A stretch of 64,000 nt of DNA, taken from positions 172,050,001-172,114,000 of the forward strand of contig OZ024740.1 in assembly GCA_964016885.1 (NCBI GenBank). Reading direction: 5' to 3'. The notes beneath the pieces are model-generated. The model had not been told where the DNA came from. It saw only the letters and a list, made by a program, of their open reading frames with translations, and did not search any database. Shown piece after piece: positions 55,842-64,000 of this stretch. Numbering within the stretch: position 1 is the stretch's first letter; each line of letters opens with the position of its first letter. A program made the position numbers and the translations under genes. Source of the stretch: Eledone cirrhosa. Its lineage: Eukaryota.

Positions 55842-57835
55842 GTAGCAGCGGAGGTGCCGATGGTCTCCGACCCGGCGGCCACCTAAAATAGTTCTTCTCC
55901 CCTCTCACTGCCGAAGCCGGGAGCCGCCTGTTGAATGCTATTGTGGCCCTTATTAAAAGTTTAATCCACAGCACCAAGGACCCTCATTCCCGTGGCCTCT
56001 TCTTTTCGGCCCGCCTCACTGCTCTAAGGAAGAAAGACGGCGCAATATGCCCCATCGTGGTAGGAAATATCTTCCGGGTGCTCGCAGCCAAGATCATCTG
56101 CAAGTCTGTCGAACTTGAACGAGGCGCGGAACTCATCCCGGTACTGCTAGGGTTTGGTGTGGCTAGAAGGTGCGAGGGGGCCGCCCACATCGCTAGAGAG
56201 ATCTTCAACGACTGTCCTTCCGCGCCAGTGTCTCGTAATTCCAGGCATCTCATCATCAATCTTAACAAATTTCCTCGAGGTTTGCCTCAGCCCTGCCCTG
56301 TCCAGCTACCCACTGGCCTATATGTCATACGGGTCCCCGTGCATGTTACTCACTGGGACAAGGTTATATAATTTTCAACCGTCGTCCAACAGGGCGATCC
56401 ATAGGAACCCCTCCATTTCGCTGCTGCTTGGAGCAACACCACCCCTCTCAACGCCTGATACCTGGAGGAAGTGATGATAGGCGTACCCAGAGAGTGTTTG
56501 CCTCGATCTCCGATCGGTGGTTTCCGCTCTGGAAAGGATCGGCCTCGAGATCAGCTCATCTAAGTCGGAGGTCGTGAACGTCAATTATGACGCTGAGGGC
56601 TTCGCGGCTTCCGTCCCGGGTGTGTGATCAGGTGCATTTGATCTATTATTATGTTCAGGCTCCGCTAGCTAGAAACTCTGACGAGAAAACTAAACTAGAT
56701 CGACCCGCCCTCCACCATTCTTTCTGTCAAGGAACTGCTTCTTTATGCCGAAGCTCCTATATACACTCCGCAGTGCACCCTGCTATGACCAAGCATCTCT
56801 CCTCGGAGATCTCAACGCTTGCATCCGACGTGCTGCGGATGAGATATGAAACGCCCAGTTTCATGACACTGGGTGGCAACAGGTCACCTTATCCGTTAGA
56901 TATGGAGGCTTCGGTCGCCACTCTCCAGTCACACCGACCCTACCAGCTTTCCCCTTCATCGGCGACGTCTTGTCATGTCCTTATCAACAGGGTTCTCCAC
57001 AACACAACTGAACCTACTGTGATCGGGGAACGTGAGACTGCCTACGCGACATGGAATCAGCTCAGCCTTCGGCCTGCGGACGTCCTTCCTTCTCTGTAAA
57101 CATTCAGTCTCCCCAAACCAAATGGGTCACCATCCAGTGAAACATGACCTCAGATAGGCAGGTGTGCCAGATTGACCAGCACCTTTTAGTATGCTTTCGC
57201 TCGGGCTCCCAACCCCATCGCAGCGCCAGACTCAATGCAATACCATCACTATCGATTGACACTCAACTTAACAGTGACTGCTTGTGCATTGATGTTTCTC
57301 TGAGGCTCGACCACCGGATCTGTGACCCTCACACATGCCGTTGCGGATCCACTGTGGATTCATTCAATCTCCACCCACTGTCATGCCGCTTCCCATACCA
57401 TTCTGATCTTAACAAGATTATAAAGCAGTGCTTGGACTCCACAGGCTTCCCTTCCCAGCTCGAGTTACTGGGGCTAGACCGTAGCGACGGCAAAAGGCCT
57501 GACAGCTTGAGAATCGTCCCGTTAAGCGAGACCTTCTCTCGTGGCAACATGGTGCGTTCAGCTCCTACCACAGGCTTCGCTACCCACTAGGGCGAAAAGG
57601 ACAAACTGTTAAAGTATCGGCCGCTCTCTCTCATAGTTTGTGGTTGAGTCGGTGGAAGTGGAGACTTCCGGCGTTCTTCGTCCCCGGACTACATCCATGC
57701 TCACTGCTATAGGAGTGGAGTTGGCTACCTACAAATGCGAGCCCTACGAGGTGGAGTGTCTGTTCCTCATCGTCATCCGAGGCAATGTCTTCTTCATCCT
57801 GTCAGCCGGGACCACGAGGTGGGTTGAGTTTTAAG
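55842..57835 (+). mobile_element. Decayed CRE-clade non-LTR retrotransposon (RT remnant + CCHC + restriction-like endonuclease)
   Basis: SSGGADGLRP, ARLTALRKKDGAICPIVVGNIFRVLAAK, G..CEGAAH, RLNAIP, CRCG..HPLSC, DGKRPD, VETSG. Confidence 0.8.
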
Positions 57836-57999
57836 TTTCATTTTTGTTGGTGGCATGTGGAATAGATATATTTCTATACACATGAGTAGATTGGGAAACG
57901 AGACATGATTCAGGTGTAAAAGCTGAAGAAACACTTAATGTGACATTACAAATGATGTTGCGATCTTATTTCGTGCTCTCTGTCCTGTATACGTATGTA

Positions 58000-58195
58000 C
58001 AGACCTGCCAACCTCTAAAAATCCCAAACGGGGTGTACCATGAAAAAAGGTGCCCTAAAACGGGCAGAAATGAGGCAAAATGGGGAGATTTTACGTAATG
58101 AAAATGATACCAATTTTCACAAGGGAAGACATCTTTCACCCACCCCAAAGTAGGTAGGAGATCTCCCCATCGGACGGGGAGAGTTGACAGGTTTG
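58000..58195. mobile_element. MITE, possibly hAT-type
   Basis: TIRs cagacctgccaac / gttgacaggtttg; target duplication unclear. Confidence 0.6.
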
Positions 58196-59414
58196 GTGTG
58201 TATGTCATATAACACGTCCATTATGGGATACTTAAATGGAGAACCTTTGAAATGTTTTACAAGTGTTCACTCTAACAACACCAACCGATGAGAAAATGTT
58301 TGCTTCGTCATTTCCTGGAAAAACCTAGTCTTTTCAGGTTTTTATAGATATTTGCTGTTACATAGCTCGGTGCAGTTATGATAATTGGACCAAATGATGA
58401 AAGAGAGAGAGGGAGAGAGAGAGAGAGCGTATGTGTGTGAGTGTGTATGTGAGTGAGTGTGTGTTTGTGTGTGTATGTATGATAGCGAATGAAAGATGAT
58501 AACACATTATGATATTTTGTAACCTAATCCATGAGGCGTATGATAGTTTCTCCCACGGACGGACGTAGGCGACATCGCTGTATTACGATATCTTCCTATA
58601 TCTTTAGATGTGATACGCCAATACAAAAAACAACAACAACAAAAACAAACAAAATAAACGAAAATAATACAAAATAAAAACCTTATAATATCAACAATAC
58701 ACGGTACAGATTTCGTCAGATTTCCATCACCGCGCCTTGTTTAGTGTGTTTGTGATTGTTATGAAATTGTGGTGACAGCGATGACTAGATGAAAACATCG
58801 ATTAAAATATTGACTGTTGCTGTTCTATTTTATCTTCTGCTATTATAAATCTATTGATTTCTAGGTGACATCATCCATGGGCCTTATAACGCCCGATGGA
58901 GTCTTAAGAGTGACCTTATGAAATACCGCGCAAGCCGTCCCCCTGATCATAAATGATTTCTTCCAGAGAAGAGAGAGTGGAAGAAAGGAAGTAAGACAGA
59001 GTGATAGAGGAAGAAACTGGTAATTCATTTATCGGCCTCAAAGGGATTAAAGCAAAGTTGACCCCGATAGGAACTGAACACTGGAACGAATACCGAAAAC
59101 TATTCTGTCTGACGTTCTAATGACTATGCCACTTCCCTGGCTTGGTGACATCATAGGAAATATAAACCCACCTTTCGTGTTTGACGAGAATTTTACTTTT
59201 ACTGGTTTCAATCATTAGACAGCGGCCATATTGAGGCGCCACCTTCTAGTGATTTAGTCGATCTTGTTGATACAGGTACCTATTTTGTCGACCCGTTAGG
59301 TTACGGAATATAAATATATAGAAACGTAAACCTCTATATACACATAACTCTGACAACACACACACACATATATATTATATACATATTTACATAAGAATGT
59401 TTTTCCGACGGGGA

Positions 59415-59510
59415 TCGGAAAGAAACCTCAGTAAATAAGGTACTCAATACATTAGTAGAGATGTATATTTAATTTATAGGACCAGAATGCTTTCAAAATT
59501 TTGAAATGTG
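59415..59510 (-). mobile_element. Family C-related fragment
   Basis: cagtaaataaggtactcaatacattagtagag matches 1791-1823 and the inverse of 29775-29808. Confidence 0.55.
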
Positions 59511-59579
59511 TGCATGTAGGTATATACAAAAATATGTACATACACACGCATACACACACGCACACACACGCCCCCCCCC

Positions 59580-59656
<77 letters not shown>

Positions 59657-59780
59657 GTATATATATGTAAGTATGACTGCCAAATAACTAAGTCTGAACG
59701 TCGATACACCTAGAAGAAACCCGAAGTTTTCGATGGAATAAGACCATTGAATATCCTAACTCGTAAACAGTACACTATAT

Positions 59781-59980
59781 NNNNNNNNNNNNNNNNNNNN
59801 NNNNNNNNNNNNNNNNNNNNNNNNNNNNNNNNNNNNNNNNNNNNNNNNNNNNNNNNNNNNNNNNNNNNNNNNNNNNNNNNNNNNNNNNNNNNNNNNNNNN
59901 NNNNNNNNNNNNNNNNNNNNNNNNNNNNNNNNNNNNNNNNNNNNNNNNNNNNNNNNNNNNNNNNNNNNNNNNNNNNNNNN
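59781..59980. other. Assembly gap (200 N)
   Basis: Run of N. Confidence 1.
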
Positions 59981-60230
59981 CCAAACGAATGAAAAGGCAT
60001 AACCCAGGCTAAATACGCACATGGAATTCGGCAAGGGAGATAACCTCTATATCCGCAAAAAATATTCGGGAAAATGTGGAAATACACATATCGAATAAGA
60101 GTGCTCAATAGACATGTTAAAATAAACAGGAGCTATTTATCATTTAATAGAATCGACAAAAAATGAACAATAAAATTAACTGGTCAATAGCTAGGTCTAG
60201 AGCTAAATATAGTAGAATAATCGAGTATCG

Positions 60231-60326
<96 letters not shown>

Positions 60327-60409
60327 TGGATGTGTGTGAAAGATAGAAAGATAGTTTAGAGTGCATGCATCATAATAAGAAAGGCACGTACATGATTAAC
60401 AAATATTTT

Positions 60410-60440
60410 TACCGGCAGCGTAGCGACGGGTTCTCCTAGT
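60410..60440 (+). mobile_element. Helitron-like 3' terminus
   Basis: GC-rich imperfect hairpin accggcagcgtagcgacgggt followed by CTAGT. Confidence 0.45.
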
Positions 60441-60749
60441 CCACAATTACTATTATCTGAAGCGTTTATGACCCCAGTTTCGTAATAATCTACACCAACC
60501 AGACCCAAACCCCGGAATTACTGATAAATTTAATCTAAAACGCTAAAACGCTATCTCGCTTAACAAACCGAAATCCCTGCAATTACCCATTGGCCCCATC
60601 CAAACCTTATCGCGAATCATAGAAAATTAATACTTATTAAATGCATTAATAATTATGATACCCATAACCAACATTTAAAGGTGTTAATAAAGCTATTGAA
60701 ATTTACCTAGATAAATTATTGGACAATATATTGTCTAAATATAAAATTA

Positions 60750-62522
60750 CACCGTGTAACAAAAAAAATTTTTTCCTCTGTTCCTGGCTTGTAATCACTT
60801 TTTTTGTGTTGCTTAGGTCCCAAATAAATAAAAAAAAGTGCTATTAAACAGTTAAAAGTTTGGGTTTGTAAGAATTCTAAGCTATTCACTAGAATTATTT
60901 GTATGCTGGATTTTACGTTGTATGTAAGTTTAATTTGCTTATGTTAAATGATTTTTTTTATATATGTTTCAGGTTAAATTAAAATTATAAAATAAAGAGT
61001 AATACCTAAAGAAAATTATAAAAGTGCAATAAAGTATAAAATTGCTAAAAAGTGGATTAAAGAGATTTATTAATACTGGGGTACCAGAAAAAGTTCCTCA
61101 CTTCCCAAACCAAAAAGAAGTCAATGACTTGGTCAGGGATATGGGTCTGACCAAGTCCAATGCAGAGCTATTCGTCTCCAGGATGAAGCAGTGGAACTTG
61201 GTCAAGGAGGAAGTGCAGGTGGCAAGTCAGAGAAGTCGACACGAACCTTTCTCAGGCTTTTACACTCTTAGGGATGGCCTCTGCATCTGCCATGAGGTGC
61301 CTGGACTGTTTGACGTTATTGGGGTGCCGTTTGTGCTCAAGGAGTGGCGGTTATTTATAGACAGATCCACCACAAGTTTGAAGGCTGTCCTCCTCCACAA
61401 TGGAAACAAGTTCCCGACACTGACCCTAGCCCATTCAGTCAGCCCGAAGGAAGATTACTACAGTGTGAAAGTCCTCTTGGAAGCTCTGCAATACAACCAG
61501 TACAACTGGTAAATCATTTGAGACTTCAAGATGGTGGCTTTCCTGCTTGGACTCCAAGGAGGCTTTATCAAATTCCAATGCTTCCTCTGCCTTTGGGACA
61601 GCAAAAGAAAGAACTGGGAGCAGCGAACAGAATTTATAGTTGGGACCCGGAACGTCTTGTGGGAGCCACTGGTTGATCCCAGGATTGTGCTCATGCCGCC
61701 ACTGCACATTAAGTTGGGGTTGATGAAGAAGTTTATGAAGTCTCTCAACCAAGAATCAGCCGCTTTTAAGTACCTTCTTGAGTTCTTGCCCAAGTTATCT
61801 GAGACCAAAATCAAAGGTGAAATTTTTGTTGGACCTCAGATAAAGAAGGTATTTGAGTCTACCGAGTTCTCCAATAAGCTCAATAGCATTGAGAGAACAG
61901 CATGGAACTGTTTCAAGGTAGTTTTTAAGGGCTTCCTGGGCAACTACAGAGCTGAAAACTACCACCAACTGGTGCAGGATCTGATAAAGGCTTTTGGCCC
62001 CATGGGATGCAGGATGTCGCTTAAATTCCATATGCTGGACGCTCACCTGGAAAAATTCAAGGACAATATGGGCGCCTACTCAGAAGAACAAGGCGAACGA
62101 TTCCACCAAGATGTGAAAGAGATAGAGCGGAGATACCAGGGCCACTACAATGAAAAAATGACGGGGGACAATATCTGGGGGTTAGTGCGGGAATGCGACC
62201 TGGACTATAACCGCAAATCCATGAAATCCAGTCATTTCTGACGTGTATAAGTTGCTTTATAAGTGTTATTTGTTTTTACTTGTTTGCTTTTGATAAGCTT
62301 GCGTAATAAAATAAATATCTACTCTGTTGATTTAATTATATGAACTGATAAACTTTAAAAAAATGTGTTTTTCTTGAAAAATATGGAAATTTCGAAATAT
62401 CAAACTCCTGACCACAAACTCAAACTTATGATTAAATAATAGTGTTTTTTTAATAATAATGGGATATAACAAACCATGAAATGACACTTAGAACCGGAGA
62501 ACAAAAAATATGTTACACAGTG
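60750..62522 (+). mobile_element. Chapaev3-like (CMC superfamily) DNA transposon
   Basis: TTA|CACCGTGTAACA...TGTTACACAGTG|TTA: TIRs with 3-bp TTA duplication enclosing a transposase. Confidence 0.85.
61042..62241 (+). pseudogene. Chapaev3-like transposase core with two in-frame stops
   Basis: WRLFID..SLKAVLLHNGN, CFLCLWDS, PPLHIKLG, MSLKFHML, SEEQGERFHQD in one frame; TAA 61510 and TGA 61519. Confidence 0.85.
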
Positions 62523-63159
62523 TTATTGACTAAAAATTTACTAAAATATACAAGTAATTAGTAAATAGAATTTAATAAACGAAATAGATATTATCTAAAC
62601 GAATTAAGCCTATCCTAAAATTATATGTAGCAGTGATTTGATACTCTCCTCAATAGAGTTTCTTTCACACTATCAAGTGGCCACCAAGAAGCTGATTTTT
62701 GTGGCCCCACTGATAAGTGGGCTTTCAAGTAGCCAATATGTCTGAGATTTTGACATATCAAATGGTCATCTGCTTATTTTCGAGTCCCGGTGACAAAGGA
62801 AGGAAAACTCATAAATAGTCTGCTCCCAGTCAATCCCAGAAGCTGCAGAGTTCATATTGACATGCTAAGATATAGTGGTCAACTGTCTCATACACCAACC
62901 CCTTTGAGTCTCTCTCTCTCCTCTCCTCTCTCACTCTCCTCTCCTCTCTCACTCTCTCCCCTCTCCTCTCTCACCCCCCCCTCTCTCTCTCGGCCAGGCG
63001 AGTGAAATTCATTTTATTAACAGAGGTTTGGTAAATACATTTTTAATGACACCGTTGCAAGCAAACACGCATACACATCATACCTGATACATAACATCAC
63101 ACTATTTAACTGTTTGCGTTATAACTTCGACGAAAGTTATATTTGATAAATTAGTAACA

Positions 63160-63197
63160 CTAGCAGAAAAACCACCCTTCGGGTGGTTTTCTGCTAG
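63160..63197. repeat. 38-bp hairpin bounded by CTAG (Helitron/Helentron-like remnant)
   Basis: ctagcagaaaaaccaccc ttc gggtggttttctgctag. Confidence 0.55.
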
Positions 63198-63676
63198 CAT
63201 GTGTAGAGTGTATATTGATATTATACGCAAGTATATATGCATGTAGATATGATACATCAAATAAAATCGTAATTGACAATATACACAGAAATTGAACGAA
63301 GACTGTGTTACACTCTCTTATGTAATCAGTAACGTAATCCATGATACATAAAAAAAAGACAATATTATATATAAACTGCATTAGGAGAAAATTAGTGACA
63401 GAAATATATGAATATTTATTTAAGCGATCGCTAACCGGAAGTGTTGACATTTGAACATTTTAAAGAAGCGAATCTTTAAATAAGTAATAAAATATATTTA
63501 AGGAACAGCCACGAAATTTAGTAGATAAATTATGTAATATTCATTCACTATTTATTCAAAGTAATCCAACTTATTTTACTAATGGGATAAACAATTATAA
63601 ACCGTACGCAGCCCCGCGCTCCTTACTTTATTATAGTTTAGATAGCGGCTTTGTGTTATTTTGGTTTATATATTTC

Positions 63677-64000
63677 ACTAGCAGCAATACCCAGCGTTGC
63701 CTGGGTAGGTAAAATAATAACTGCTTTGATGAAAAGGTGTTGATCTTAGCGACTGCTTCTCATCTATGGCCACACACAGGCCATGCGGGGGAGGGTGGTG
63801 ATGACCTCTATCACTGAGAAACGCGGGTGACTGACGAAGGGGCATGCTGGGGGAGGGAGGTAATTAACTCTAACACTAAGCCAAATTTCCTCACGCTACT
63901 TGATTGGAAACCGATGAATTCTCAAATACACAACTAAAAGCTCAGACGACGTCAGTGGCTATAAGATGGTCAAAGTAGTATAAAAGTTGAACCAAATAAA
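63677..64000 (+). mobile_element. Start of a Helentron-associated non-autonomous element (runs to the window edge)
   Basis: actagcagcaatacccagcgttgcctgggta: terminal ACTAGC followed by a subterminal palindrome. Confidence 0.45.

Noticed and set aside
61519-61521. In-frame TGA as possible selenocysteine
   Set aside because: A TAA lies three codons upstream; simple decay is more likely
62516-62522. RSS heptamer CACAGTG suggesting a RAG/Transib element (also at 20294-20300)
   Set aside because: The terminus reads CACTGTG inward, the duplication is 3 bp and the protein motifs fit Chapaev3; the 20294 instance is only a palindrome centre

Overview
AT-rich eukaryotic DNA, saturated with microsatellites and transposons. 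The SINE families and (TA)n/(CA)n/(TATG)n load suggest an octopod cephalopod genome (inferred by recognition, not tested). The only plausible host coding sequence is a terminal exon on the minus strand at about 1324-1673 with a PPPSY motif. Most listed ORFs are microsatellite artefacts. Mobile elements include two decayed R4/Dong-type LINEs, a Tx1-like LINE, RTE fragments, a CRE-type LINE, a Chapaev3-like DNA transposon, several MITEs and many tRNA-derived SINEs. The main signal is a Penelope-like retroelement (RT + GIY-YIG, 46324-49423, minus strand) with a hammerhead ribozyme (HHR) motif in its 3' repeat, plus about 15 short non-coding insertions from at least six families. These sit in (TA)n tracts, and most carry HHR motifs and/or form fold-back palindromes with a fixed arm boundary and an unpaired tail. 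Together they look like a microsatellite-targeted Penelope/ribozyme (retrozyme-like) system. All folds were assigned by eye and no activity is demonstrated.
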